Shown: piece by piece, positions 17,471 through 27,152 of the stretch | How positions within the stretch are numbered: the stretch's first letter is position 1 | Layout: every line of letters starts with the position of its first letter | Origin: an uncultured Verrucomicrobia subdivision 3 bacterium | GTDB taxonomy: Bacteria > Verrucomicrobiota > Verrucomicrobiia > Limisphaerales > UBA11358 | Direction of reading: 5' to 3' | DNA length: 64,000 nt | Assembly: GCA_903875465.1 (NCBI GenBank) | Contig: CAIQWB010000114.1 | Span: forward strand, 36,472 to 100,471 | Notes under the pieces: model-generated | Seen by the model: the letters and a program-made list of their open reading frames with translations, nothing else | Databases searched by the model: none | What the model was told of the DNA's origin: nothing | Position numbers and translations under genes: made by a program

Positions 17471-17820
17471 TTTAGAGAGGCTTTTGGTTCTGGGCTTAGG
17501 GCAGGAATTTTTAAACGTCCGCCAGGCAGGCGAGCTATGGCAAAGAACCCGACGTCGCTTCCACCGTCGTTTAAGGGATGGTGGACAGGGTCGCCGGATG
17601 GCATCAGCCATCCGCACCGGGACCAAGGGGTCCAAGCTGCTAAGGCACAATAGCATCAATTGATGAGCTGTCAAATTAGATTGAGGACGGTAGCATGAGG
17701 ACGGGCAGAGTTTGGCCAGCCAGGGTTATCTGGCATGGGAGGAGCGCAAACCAGAATGATGGTTTGGCGAGCGGGCACCCCAACCGGGGTGCGGGGCGCC
17801 AGTGGGAAGCACGGGCCGGT

Positions 17821-19353
17821 CTATTCGATGGGCTTAACAGCCGGGGTATTAGTCACCGGAGCGCGGACGGGGCCGATGAGGGCGGCGGCGGGCGCGTTGG
17901 TTTCGGGGCCCAGGCTTAAATGGGTGCGGAGCACGGCGCGCATGGCGTAGGGCACACCGCGCTGGGTATCCAGCAACTCGCCCAGGACGAATTTATTCAG
18001 CACGTCAAAGGGTGGCAAGGGAATCCGTTTTTCGCCATTGGCACCGGCAGTCTTGCTGACGTAACGCTGGTAGACCTTGCCGGACAGCAATTTGTACCCG
18101 GCGTAACGGTCGTCCTGGCCAATGGCGAGTTCGTAATAAGCACGGGAGAGCAAGCCCTGGATGGCGGAGGTGACGCGTTCCTGGGAGGTTTCATTGACAT
18201 CGATCTGGGCGGTGGCGATGGCAAATTCATCCAGCGACACATTCCGGGGATAGGAATTGGTGTCATTTTCAATGATAGTCTTGTCGGGGTAACGGTCAGC
18301 GAGTTCCTTGAACCATTTGGTGGCGTCGGAAATGCGGTTGTTTTCGTAGAGAAAGTAGACGGCGTCCCGGAGGAAATTGCGATGGGCGGTGCCGATGTGG
18401 TCGCGCATGGAGGGCTCGGCGTCCATCATTTGCACATAGGCCGCATCGACTTGGGGGATCAATTCCAAGTTGGGTCCCAGAGAATAGGTTTGCTGGAAGG
18501 GATTGGTGATGAGCCGGCCGTGGTGAAAGGCCTGGAAAACGGATTGATAAATACTGCGGCGCAAGGTCATGAGGTCATCCTGCTTGACCTTGTCGGGATG
18601 CCGGGTGGCGGCGTCGAGCCCCAAGGCCGCCCAATAGATGGCGTGGGCTTCGGGCAGGCGCCAGTCGAGCGGACCGTATTTGGCGTCCACCTGCCGGATA
18701 AACACGGGGTTCATTTTGAACTCGTTGGTGAAGTCGTGCTGCAGCTTCAGCGCGGCCGCGCCCTGAGGTTGGATGAGGTCATCGAAATTGGTGCCATTGA
18801 CGCCGAAATAAGGTTTCATGGCCTCGGCCCACTGCTGCTTGTAGTACATGTTGGCGTCGTCCAGGTTCTGCCCCATTTTGTGCTGGTAGAACCAGGAGAG
18901 TTCACGGTAGATCAGGACGTCGTCGGGGTTGTAATGCAAGCCTTCATCGCGCAGGAGGATGATGCCCCGGTCCACCCAGCGCCAGCGGTCGGAGAAATCC
19001 TTGAACTTGACGGAGATGTTATAGGCCATGTTCCAGCCCAGAAAGAGCCAGACCTGGGTGAAATGCGGTTCCAACTCGGTGATCCAGGTGGCGAGCTGGA
19101 CGGCCTCAAAAAACTTGTCGTCCTGTTGCAGGTCATTGGCCCGCATCCACAGGAGGTTGGAAATCAGCCCCCGAAAGCCACCCAAGGCAACGGTGGTGAA
19201 GGCGAGCATGGGCGGGGCGTTCTCCAGGACCGCGACATGGGTCAGGCCGAGCTGGGCGCGCTCGACGTTCATGGATTTCTGCATCTGGCCGGAGCCCAGC
19301 AGCAGCAACACCGCCAAGAGCACCAGCAGGATTTTTTTGGTGCGTGCGTTCAT
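17821..19353 (-). CDS. Hypothetical N-terminally membrane-anchored helical-repeat protein, last gene of the ABC operon
   Basis: 510 aa. N-terminal anchor KKILLVLLAVLLLLGSG. W/Y-rich helical body. Its ATG overlaps the permease stop (ATGA at 19350-19353). Confidence 0.6.
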   Translation of the reverse strand: MNARTKKILLVLLAVLLLLGSGQMQKSMNVERAQLGLTHVAVLENAPPMLAFTTVALGGFRGLISNLLWMRANDLQQDDKFFEAVQLATWITELEPHFTQVWLFLGWNMAYNISVKFKDFSDRWRWVDRGIILLRDEGLHYNPDDVLIYRELSWFYQHKMGQNLDDANMYYKQQWAEAMKPYFGVNGTNFDDLIQPQGAAALKLQHDFTNEFKMNPVFIRQVDAKYGPLDWRLPEAHAIYWAALGLDAATRHPDKVKQDDLMTLRRSIYQSVFQAFHHGRLITNPFQQTYSLGPNLELIPQVDAAYVQMMDAEPSMRDHIGTAHRNFLRDAVYFLYENNRISDATKWFKELADRYPDKTIIENDTNSYPRNVSLDEFAIATAQIDVNETSQERVTSAIQGLLSRAYYELAIGQDDRYAGYKLLSGKVYQRYVSKTAGANGEKRIPLPPFDVLNKFVLGELLDTQRGVPYAMRAVLRTHLSLGPETNAPAAALIGPVRAPVTNTPAVKPIE

Positions 19354-20735
19354 TGGGTTCCCTGGGCCGTGGCCAGTTCGCGGCGGCTGAAGAAAAAGAT
19401 TCCCCCCAGGGCAATCACACCGCCCAGCAAAAGGTCAATTTGGACAAAGGCCATGCCTAATTCACTCCAGGGAATGGAACGCCCGGTGCTCAGGGAATCA
19501 ATGGGCGAATAATTTCCCGCCAGGGAAATCACGGCGAGGGTGGCCTTGAAGGCTGGAATCAAAAATATATCCACGGAGGAATGCCCGGCGGCGCCGGTTT
19601 CTTCATTACCGGCCGCCACGGATCCGCTATCCACGGCATCGGCCAGGGTGCCGCTGGAGAGCCCGACCAGCAGCATGGCCAGGGAGAAAAAGGCGGCCAC
19701 GGGGAAGGAGAGAAAACTGGCAGCAGTCAGGCCGAGGGCGGCCAGGAGGGCCATCCAGCACAAAATGATGCCCAGACCGCGGGCAAAATTCAGGGCGAAA
19801 CCGCCTTCGGGAAACAGCACGGTCATGCCGTCATCCATGGGAAATAACAAGGAGGTTTGGTTGGGATTATAAAACACCACGGTGAGGCGGCCAGCCGGAT
19901 CGCACAAATTGGCAGGGATGGGAAATTCGTGAAAGGTGTCGGGGGCCAGGCTCATGGGTTCGCTGCGCCAGAAGTTGGTGTTATTGGGGTCGCCGACCTG
20001 CCAGGCACCGATGAACGTACCGGAGGCACTGTGATCAGCGGTATTAAACTTGATGCGTAATTGCAATGGCTGGTTTTGAAAATAGCTTTTGGGATGGCCC
20101 AGTTCGATCTGCCACTGGCGGGTGTAGCCGGGCGGGACGATTTGAAAGGCGGCCCGCACTTGTTCGCGGATTTGCTTGCGCACTTCGGCGAGGTCGGCCT
20201 TGTCCACCGGGTTGGTTTTCAAGCGTTCCTGAAGGGTGCGCTCGGTATCCTCGGCGATTTGCGCATCGTGATTGGGTTCACGCGCCTCACCGCGAGCCAC
20301 GAGCACTTCGCTGCGCAATTCGCGCTGGATGCCGGCGGGCAGGTGACTGGCCCGCCATTGCAACAGCGCAAACACACTGAGCCCCGCCAAGGCGAGGAGC
20401 ACGGCATTGAGGGACATGATACCCAGCCATTTGCCGAGCCAGATCTGCCACCGGGCCACCGGCTTGGTGGCCAGCACTTGAATCTGGCACTCTTCAATAT
20501 CCCGGGCGAGGGTGCCGCAGGCCAGCCACAAGGTGGAGAGCCCGAGCAGACCGGTGATGGCGCTGAGGGTGTAGGTCAGCAAAATCTGGGTGAACCCCCG
20601 GGCGGTGCCGTCGTCCTGGATCAGCAGGGGCAGGCCGATGACTGAAGCCAGGAGGAGCAGGGCCAGCACCAGAAAGAGGCGGAACCGGAAGGCCGCCTTC
20701 CAGGTCAAACCGGCCATGGCAAACAGGGGTTGCAT
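19350..20735 (-). CDS. ABC-2-type transporter permease with a large (~190 aa) non-membrane insert
   Basis: 461 aa. There are 3 TM segments, then a hydrophilic region of about residues 130-320, then 3 or more TM segments. It lies directly downstream of the ABC ATPase. Confidence 0.7.
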   Translation of the reverse strand: MQPLFAMAGLTWKAAFRFRLFLVLALLLLASVIGLPLLIQDDGTARGFTQILLTYTLSAITGLLGLSTLWLACGTLARDIEECQIQVLATKPVARWQIWLGKWLGIMSLNAVLLALAGLSVFALLQWRASHLPAGIQRELRSEVLVARGEAREPNHDAQIAEDTERTLQERLKTNPVDKADLAEVRKQIREQVRAAFQIVPPGYTRQWQIELGHPKSYFQNQPLQLRIKFNTADHSASGTFIGAWQVGDPNNTNFWRSEPMSLAPDTFHEFPIPANLCDPAGRLTVVFYNPNQTSLLFPMDDGMTVLFPEGGFALNFARGLGIILCWMALLAALGLTAASFLSFPVAAFFSLAMLLVGLSSGTLADAVDSGSVAAGNEETGAAGHSSVDIFLIPAFKATLAVISLAGNYSPIDSLSTGRSIPWSELGMAFVQIDLLLGGVIALGGIFFFSRRELATAQGTQ

Positions 20736-20765
20736 CGTGATTCGTGGGGGAGGCGGGCGCGCGGG

Positions 20766-21989
20766 TCAGGCCTTGGGCTTGCCGAGCAACGAGGAAAGTT
20801 TTTCATCCGCCTTCGCCAAATCCGCCGCCTTGGGCGCGGGCGCGGGGGCGGCCGCAGGGACCGCAGGCGAGGGTTCGGCCGGTTTGGCGAGCGCGGCTAA
20901 TTTTTGATTATCCACGGCGGGCCCGGCAGCGGGGAGGGAGGTGGTCGCGGGCGCCGGGACAGCCGGCAGCGGGGCGGCCAGACGGTCGAGCACTTTATTG
21001 CTCTGGCCAGTCACTGCGGCAGTTTCATTCCCCCGCAAGTAGGCCGCCACGCGGGCACCGGACTGGGCCCCGCTGGTTTCCTGGGCGGCGCGGGCCTTTT
21101 GGACGACATCGAGAAAGTAACTCTCCAAATTCTGGGTGGGGTTGTCCACGCGCACTTCGCCGGCAATGGCATCCTGCTTAATGGTGGCCAGGACGCGCTC
21201 CAGGGTTTCGCGGGGGAGCACCGGGGTGGTGATGCGGAGGGAATCGGGCTTGGCCAGCAATTCCTTGAGCGTGCCGGCGGCCTGGATTTTGCCGCCGTAA
21301 TAAATCACGACACGGTCGCACACATCCTCCACATCGGACAGCAAATGGCTGCTCAAAATCACGGTCTTGCCGCGCCGCGCGAGCGCCACGATCAAATCCT
21401 TGACCTCGCGGCAGCCAATGGGGTCGAGGCCGGCCGTGGGTTCATCCAAAATCACGAGGTCGGGGTCATTGATCAGCGCCTGGGCCAGACCGATGCGGCG
21501 TTGCATGCCCTTGGAAAATTCGCCAATGGCGCGGGTGCGGGTCTGGCCGAGGCCGACCATGTCCAGCAACTGCTCGGACCGGCTGTCGCGCTCGCCTTTG
21601 GAGAGCTGGAAGAGATTGCCGAAGAAATCCAGGGTTTCGCGGGAATTCAGATACCGGTAGAGATAGGATTCCTCGGGCAAATAGCCAATGCGCGCCTTGG
21701 TGGAAACGTGGCGGGGGGAATGGCCAAAGACTTCAATGTGCCCCTTGGTGGGATACAACAGTCCCAGCAGGAGCTTGACCGTGGTGGACTTGCCGGAGCC
21801 GTTGGGTCCCAGCAAACCGAACACCTCGCCGCGGCGGACCTCAAAATCCACATTATCCACGGCACGCGCCTTGGGCCGGTTCCAAAAATCTTTGAAGACT
21901 TTGGTGAGGCCGCGCACGGAAACCACGACTTCACCCGGCGCGGCGGGAGCAGCGGCGGCGGCGGACGGATTGAGTTCAGCAGCGGTCAT
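20766..21989 (-). CDS. ABC transporter ATP-binding protein with a ~130-aa Ala/Pro-rich C-terminal tail
   Basis: Walker A GPNGSGKSTT, signature-like FSKGMQRRIGLAQAL, Walker B LVILDEPTAGLD. ATG 21989 is preferred over TTG 22004. Confidence 0.92.
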   Translation of the reverse strand: MTAAELNPSAAAAAPAAPGEVVVSVRGLTKVFKDFWNRPKARAVDNVDFEVRRGEVFGLLGPNGSGKSTTVKLLLGLLYPTKGHIEVFGHSPRHVSTKARIGYLPEESYLYRYLNSRETLDFFGNLFQLSKGERDSRSEQLLDMVGLGQTRTRAIGEFSKGMQRRIGLAQALINDPDLVILDEPTAGLDPIGCREVKDLIVALARRGKTVILSSHLLSDVEDVCDRVVIYYGGKIQAAGTLKELLAKPDSLRITTPVLPRETLERVLATIKQDAIAGEVRVDNPTQNLESYFLDVVQKARAAQETSGAQSGARVAAYLRGNETAAVTGQSNKVLDRLAAPLPAVPAPATTSLPAAGPAVDNQKLAALAKPAEPSPAVPAAAPAPAPKAADLAKADEKLSSLLGKPKA

Positions 21990-22149
21990 GTTATAAGAGA
22001 CCAATATGTCGCCAAACCGTTCGCCTGTACATGAAAAATTTCAGCCGGCAGGGCCGCCACGATGCCCGCAAGTTGGGCTCCCTTGCAGAATTAACTCCCT
22101 TTCGCCCGGCTTTTAGGATACTTTGACACGGTCGCTTAAGACGTATTGC

Positions 22150-24216
22150 ATGACCACCAAACTTTTTTCCGAACTGGGCCTTTCCGCCGAACTGCTGAAA
22201 GCCATTGACAAACTGGGCTATGAGCAGGCCGCACCGATTCAGGCCGAGGCCATTCCGGTGCTGTTGACCGGCCGGGATGTAGTGGGCCAGTCCCAGACGG
22301 GTTCAGGCAAAACGGCGGCCTTTGGCATTCCCGCCGTGGAAAAAGTGGATGTGTCCATCAAGGCCACCCAGATTTTGATCCTCTGCCCCACGCGCGAACT
22401 GGCGGTCCAAGTCTCCGAGGAAATTCACAAGCTCGCGTTTTTCAAGCGCGGGCTCCACGCGCTGCCGGTGTACGGCGGCCAGTCGTACGACCGCCAGTTG
22501 TTCGGCCTGCGCCAGGGCGCGCACATCGTCATCGGCACCCCGGGCCGGGTGATGGATCACATGCGCCGCGGCACCCTTAAATTTGACCACTTGAAGATGG
22601 TGATTCTGGACGAAGTGGACGTGATGCTGAACATGGGTTTCCGCGACGACATTGAGACCATCCTCCAGGCCACGCCGAAGGAACGGCAAACGGTGTTTTT
22701 CTCGGCCACCATTCCCCGGCCCATCCAGCAGTTGATCGAGCGCTACGTGCGCGACCCCCAGCAAATCCGGATCGAGCAAAAAGCCATGACCGTGCCCACG
22801 GTCGAGCAATGCTATTACGAGGTGGACCGCCGGTTCAAAATCGAACTGCTCGCCCGCCTCATTGACATCCATGACCTGAAGCTCGGCATCATTTTCTGCA
22901 ACACCAAGCGCATGGTGGATGATCTGGTGGACCATTTAAACGCCCAGGGCTATTCGGCCGACCGGTTGCATGGCGATATGAGCCAGGCCCAGCGCGACCG
23001 CGTGATGATGAAGTTCCGCAAGTCGGGTCTCGAATTTCTGGTGGCCACCGATGTGGCCGCGCGCGGCATTGACGTGGATGACGTGGAAGTGGTCTTCAAC
23101 TACGACCTGCCGTATGACGGCGAGGATTATGTGCACCGCATCGGGCGCACGGGCCGCAAGGGCCGCAGCGGCCGGGCCATCTCGTTTGCCTCCGGGCGCG
23201 AGGTATTTCAAATTCGGAACATCGAACGTTACACGAACACGCGCATCACGCGCGGCAAGCCCCCGACCGCCGATGAAGTGCACGAGGCGCGGGCCAATGT
23301 GTTTCTCGACAAACTGCGCGCCACCCTCAAGGGCGGTGAGTACAAAAAGCAGGACAGCCTCATTGGGCGTTTGCTGGAGGAAGGTTTTGACTCCACCGAC
23401 ATCGCCTCCGCCCTGCTGCATCATCTCCAAAATGGTGAGCCCGCCCCGGCGGCCGCAGCCGGGACCAAGGTGGAGGAAGCGCGCCCCAATTTCAGCCAGC
23501 AACGGACGGAACGTTCCGATGACCGTCCGCGTTATGACGACCGGCCCCGCCAGGAGGAACGCCCGCGCTACGACGAGCGGCCCCGGTATGATGAACGCCC
23601 CAGGTATGACCGCCCGGAAGGCCGGGAGGATCGCCGCCCAGTGATCCCGGCCGCCCGCCCCCTGCGCCCGGTCGACCGCCCGGGAACCACTGGCTTCGTG
23701 AAGCGCCCCGCCTCGGTGCCCGCGAAACATGTCGCCCCGGTTATTCCGGCCGCCAGCGCTGCGCCCGTGGAGCCCCCCCCCGCTCCGGTGACGGCCCCGG
23801 CAGCAGCCATCCCCCCGGAGCCAGCCATCAGTTCCACGCCCCCGGAAGCCACCGCAGCGGCCCGGCCCGTGATTTCGGATGCGCCGCCCTTGGGCAAGCT
23901 GCCTAAATCGGTGCGCCCCGAGCGGGCCAATAAAAAAGAACCCTGGCTCGCCGCGAAGCCCAAGGCCAGCCGCGCCACCCCGGCCAACCAAACCCGGCTC
24001 TGGATGAACCTGGGGGCGGACATGGATGTTGCGCCCATTGACGTTGTCAATTCCGTGGCCGGCGAAACCGGCCTGCCCGGCAATGTGGTGGGCACGGTGG
24101 ATTTGCGCGAACGGCATTTGTTTTTAGACGTGGCCGCCGAGCATGCCAATGCCATCATCGCGAAACTCAATCGCAGCGAAATCAAAGGCCACAAGGTCAA
24201 AGTCAAACTGGCGTAA
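22150..24216 (+). CDS. deaD: DEAD-box ATP-dependent RNA helicase (DeaD/CsdA-like) with a DbpA-type C-terminal RNA-binding domain
   Basis: Q-motif/motif I region AAPIQAEAIPVLLTGRDVVGQSQTGSGKT. Motif II is VILDEVD (DEVD variant). SAT and HRIGRTGRKG are present. C-terminus: LWMNLGADMDVAPIDVVNSVAGETGL...IKGHKVKV. ATG at 22150. Confidence 0.9.
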   Translation: MTTKLFSELGLSAELLKAIDKLGYEQAAPIQAEAIPVLLTGRDVVGQSQTGSGKTAAFGIPAVEKVDVSIKATQILILCPTRELAVQVSEEIHKLAFFKRGLHALPVYGGQSYDRQLFGLRQGAHIVIGTPGRVMDHMRRGTLKFDHLKMVILDEVDVMLNMGFRDDIETILQATPKERQTVFFSATIPRPIQQLIERYVRDPQQIRIEQKAMTVPTVEQCYYEVDRRFKIELLARLIDIHDLKLGIIFCNTKRMVDDLVDHLNAQGYSADRLHGDMSQAQRDRVMMKFRKSGLEFLVATDVAARGIDVDDVEVVFNYDLPYDGEDYVHRIGRTGRKGRSGRAISFASGREVFQIRNIERYTNTRITRGKPPTADEVHEARANVFLDKLRATLKGGEYKKQDSLIGRLLEEGFDSTDIASALLHHLQNGEPAPAAAAGTKVEEARPNFSQQRTERSDDRPRYDDRPRQEERPRYDERPRYDERPRYDRPEGREDRRPVIPAARPLRPVDRPGTTGFVKRPASVPAKHVAPVIPAASAAPVEPPPAPVTAPAAAIPPEPAISSTPPEATAAARPVISDAPPLGKLPKSVRPERANKKEPWLAAKPKASRATPANQTRLWMNLGADMDVAPIDVVNSVAGETGLPGNVVGTVDLRERHLFLDVAAEHANAIIAKLNRSEIKGHKVKVKLA
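23518..23613 (+). repeat. In-frame coding tandem repeat encoding (D/E)(D/E)RPRY x5 inside the helicase linker
   Basis: Protein stretch DDRPRYDDRPRQEERPRYDERPRYDERPRYDRPEGRE. At nucleotide level the period is about 18 nt. Confidence 0.8.
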
Positions 24217-24372
24217 ATCCTTCGACCGGCTGGGACCGGCGCACCGCGCCGGTCCGGCCCATAGCCCCGTGAGCAAACCTACGCGCACCTCCCCAACTGT
24301 TTGGCCGGCTGCCTTGCCCGGGGAGTGGCAGCAGGATTAACCAGCAACCCCTCGATCCCCGAGTTCATTTGG

Positions 24373-24834
24373 ATGGAGCATCAACTCATGGAATCAACCC
24401 CACTGGCGCCGGGTGGCCAGGCCGCGCCGGCCAGGGAAACAGCCCCACCCAAAATCCTTTTGGTGGAAGATGAGTCCGCTGTGCGTCAGTTGCTGAAGAA
24501 TGCGGTGTTGCGACTGGGTTACCGCGTGCTGGCGGCGGCCAATAGTGCGGAGGCGCTGGCGATCTGGCAGCAACAACCGACGGAGATCATGCTCTTGCTG
24601 ACCGACCTAGTCATGCCCGGCAGCCTGAATGGGCGGGAGCTGGCCCGGGAACTGCGGCAACAGCAGCCCGCATTAAAAGTGATTTTTATCAGCGGTTACA
24701 GCTTTGATATCATCGCCGAAGGTTTCTCCCTGGAAACCGGGGTGACATTTTTGGCCAAACCTTTCAAATTAAGCCAGCTCGCCGATGCCATCCACGATTT
24801 ACTGGGGGCAGAAAAAGTCAGAACCAGGCCGTAG
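24373..24834 (+). CDS. Stand-alone response regulator receiver (CheY-like)
   Basis: KILLVEDESAVRQLL...LLLTDLVMPGSLNG...KVIFISGY. There is no output domain. ATG at 24373. Confidence 0.85.
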   Translation: MEHQLMESTPLAPGGQAAPARETAPPKILLVEDESAVRQLLKNAVLRLGYRVLAAANSAEALAIWQQQPTEIMLLLTDLVMPGSLNGRELARELRQQQPALKVIFISGYSFDIIAEGFSLETGVTFLAKPFKLSQLADAIHDLLGAEKVRTRP

Positions 24835-24866
24835 CGGCGCCCGTGGTTACCGGGTTGTGGCTTAGA

Positions 24867-24884
24867 GACTGTTTTAAAACAGTC
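24867..24884. terminator. Perfect 18-bp palindrome between convergent genes, a possible bidirectional terminator stem
   Basis: gactgttttaaaacagtc, ending 2 nt before the LytTR gene stop codon. There is no clear U-tract, so the assignment is tentative. Confidence 0.3.
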
Positions 24885-24886
24885 GC

Positions 24887-25654
24887 TTAGGAAAATTTGA
24901 GGGCCTGTTCGACTTCGCGCACCCCCCGGGTCATCGTCAACTGTTTCCCATTATGCAACACCAACGTGTGCTGTCCCTGGGCGCCGGGCAGCAGTTCCTT
25001 GACACCATCCAGGTTCACGATGGCTGAGCGGCTGATGCGCAGAAATTTTTCCGGGTCCAGTTTTTCCGCCAGGGCGTTGATCGTATCGCGCACGATATGG
25101 GTTTCCTTGCCCACCAACGCGGCCACGTAATTGCCGGCGGATTCAATGCAGGTGATTGACGCGGTTTTGATAAACAGGATGCGTCCGGGAGTTTTAACGG
25201 CAAGGCGCGTGAGGTAATTGCTGCCGTCCGGGCTCCGGCCGGCGAGGGCCAGAATCGCTTTGGCGAGGGAATCATCCCTGGGGGAGGCCGCCAGCCGGTG
25301 GCGGGCGCGCTGGACGGTTTCGCGAAAGCGGGCGGTGGTGAAGGGCTTGAGCAGATAGTCCAGGGCCTGCACTTCAAACGCCTTTAAGGCGTGCTGGTTA
25401 AAAGCGGTGACAAAGATCACGGCTGGCAACTGACTGGGCGGCAGCTCCGCCAGCAGGCCAAAACCATCCAGCCCGGGCATTTGCACATCCAGAAACAGCA
25501 ACTCCGGTGATTCGCGCTCGATCACGGCCAGCGCTTCGCCGCCCGAACCGCATTCGCCAATGACTTGGATATCCAGCTCCGGCTGCAACAACAGGGCAAT
25601 GCGCTGTCGCGCCAGGGGCTCATCATCCACGATCAGCGTGCGAATATATTTCAT
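24887..25654 (-). CDS. LytR/AlgR-family response regulator (receiver + LytTR DNA-binding domain)
   Basis: [33 protein letters not shown]-terminal LytTR region [18 protein letters not shown]. The ATG at 25654 overlaps the kinase stop (ATGA). Confidence 0.92.
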   Translation of the reverse strand: MKYIRTLIVDDEPLARQRIALLLQPELDIQVIGECGSGGEALAVIERESPELLFLDVQMPGLDGFGLLAELPPSQLPAVIFVTAFNQHALKAFEVQALDYLLKPFTTARFRETVQRARHRLAASPRDDSLAKAILALAGRSPDGSNYLTRLAVKTPGRILFIKTASITCIESAGNYVAALVGKETHIVRDTINALAEKLDPEKFLRISRSAIVNLDGVKELLPGAQGQHTLVLHNGKQLTMTRGVREVEQALKFS

Positions 25655-26796
25655 AACGGCTGGGCGGGTGCCATCGGGTGAAAGGGAATCGTTAATTCTG
25701 CGACACAACCGCCCCCGGTGGCGTTGCGCAGGCGGAACTGATGGCGGCCGGGATAGAGGCTCTGGAGGCGCTCCCGGGTATTGGCGAGGCCGATGCCTTC
25801 GACCGGCGGTGTGACCTTGCCGCCGGGCCCGGGCAAGCCCACGCCGGTATCGGTGATCGTCACATACAAGCTATCCCCCGCCCGCCGGGCGCTAATCATC
25901 ACCACGCCCGGCGCCACCTGTGGTTCAATGCCATGGCGGATGGCGTTTTCCACCAGGGGTTGCAGGATGAAGGTGGGCACGAGGGCGGCGCGCGTCTCGC
26001 CGGCGATTTGCTGTTCGATCCGCAACCGTTGACCGAAGCGGATTTGTTCGATGTCCAGATAATGGTTAAGAAAATCCAATTCCCGTCCCAAGGGCACCTC
26101 CTGCTCCGTGGCACTGTCCAGCGACAAGCGCAGGAGGGTGCTCAAATTGGCGATCATGTCATCCGCCAGGTTGGGCGCGGTGTGCACCAGGGTGGAGATG
26201 GCATTCAGGGTGTTGAATAAAAAATGGGGATGGAGCTGGGTGCGCAAGGCTTGCAGCCGGGCTTGCGCCAGGTGCTTTTCCAGGGCGAGAGCGCGGCGGT
26301 CGCGCTGCTGGGCCCGGCGGAAATAGACAATGGAATGGGCCAGACTGACAAACACCAGATAAATGGGCACGCTAAACTGGCACCGCATCCAGAGCGGCGG
26401 CGGACCGTGGCGCATCCAAGCACCCGGGTTGCCCGCCCCGCCCGGACCACCGGGACCGCCATGGTCATGGGGGAATGGCTGGAAGAAATCGTCGCCTGCC
26501 AGCGCACAGAAATAAACGACCAAGGCCCCCGCAAGCGCATGCAGGACACACCGCGACGGCCATTGGTGGCGTTCGATCGGCCAGCGGAAGACCAGCGCGA
26601 CAATGAAGGGCGAGACCAGCAGCCAGGGCAGCCATTGGTTAATCGTCATATGCCAGGAATCCTCCCAGGTGAACGCCCCGCTCAAAAAATGCTGGGCGCT
26701 CAGCAAGCCCATGACAGCCGCCCAGCCCAGGAGAAACCCCAGGAAATAAAGCGGCCAGCGCCGGGCCGGCGGACACAGAGGGGCACGAAGATTCAC
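25651..26796 (-). CDS. LytS/YehU-type sensor histidine kinase
   Basis: Multi-TM N-terminus. [24 protein letters not shown] (His_kinase PF06580-type H-box) followed by an HATPase_c region. GTG start. Confidence 0.9.
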   Translation of the reverse strand: MNLRAPLCPPARRWPLYFLGFLLGWAAVMGLLSAQHFLSGAFTWEDSWHMTINQWLPWLLVSPFIVALVFRWPIERHQWPSRCVLHALAGALVVYFCALAGDDFFQPFPHDHGGPGGPGGAGNPGAWMRHGPPPLWMRCQFSVPIYLVFVSLAHSIVYFRRAQQRDRRALALEKHLAQARLQALRTQLHPHFLFNTLNAISTLVHTAPNLADDMIANLSTLLRLSLDSATEQEVPLGRELDFLNHYLDIEQIRFGQRLRIEQQIAGETRAALVPTFILQPLVENAIRHGIEPQVAPGVVMISARRAGDSLYVTITDTGVGLPGPGGKVTPPVEGIGLANTRERLQSLYPGRHQFRLRNATGGGCVAELTIPFHPMAPAQPL

Positions 26797-27152
26797 ACAA
26801 CAAATTTAACCGGCGACCACGGCCTTGTCTTGTGAATTTGCACCTCCCGCCGGGCAAACCGGATGAAGGCCGGTTAAAGCGGGATGAAGGAGACCAAATG
26901 TGGGATGAAAATTTTGGCGGCAGGCCAGCCGCCTTAAGGGGCGGCACCACGTGCGGTAAAAGGTCGGTTTTATGGACGCCACCGGCCCAGGCCCTCATCA
27001 CGGCACAGGGGCGGTTCATCCGGTTTATCCCGTCCCTGGTCACATCCCGGTGTCCGCCACCGGTTTACTGTGTTCTATTAATCATGCGGGCGGCAGACCA
27101 GCCGCCGTATGGAGCATCAACAAAAAACAAACAACATTGAGAAATACGCGTG

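Noticed and set aside
17920-19512. 530-aa plus-strand ORF opposite the 510-aa anchored protein and permease start
   Set aside because: It spans a gene junction on the other strand. Its composition is G/V/D/E-rich low complexity, so it is a shadow ORF.
22936-24117. 393-aa minus-strand ORF inside the DEAD-box helicase gene
   Set aside because: It is antisense to the low-complexity helicase linker. Its translation is G/R/A-rich junk.
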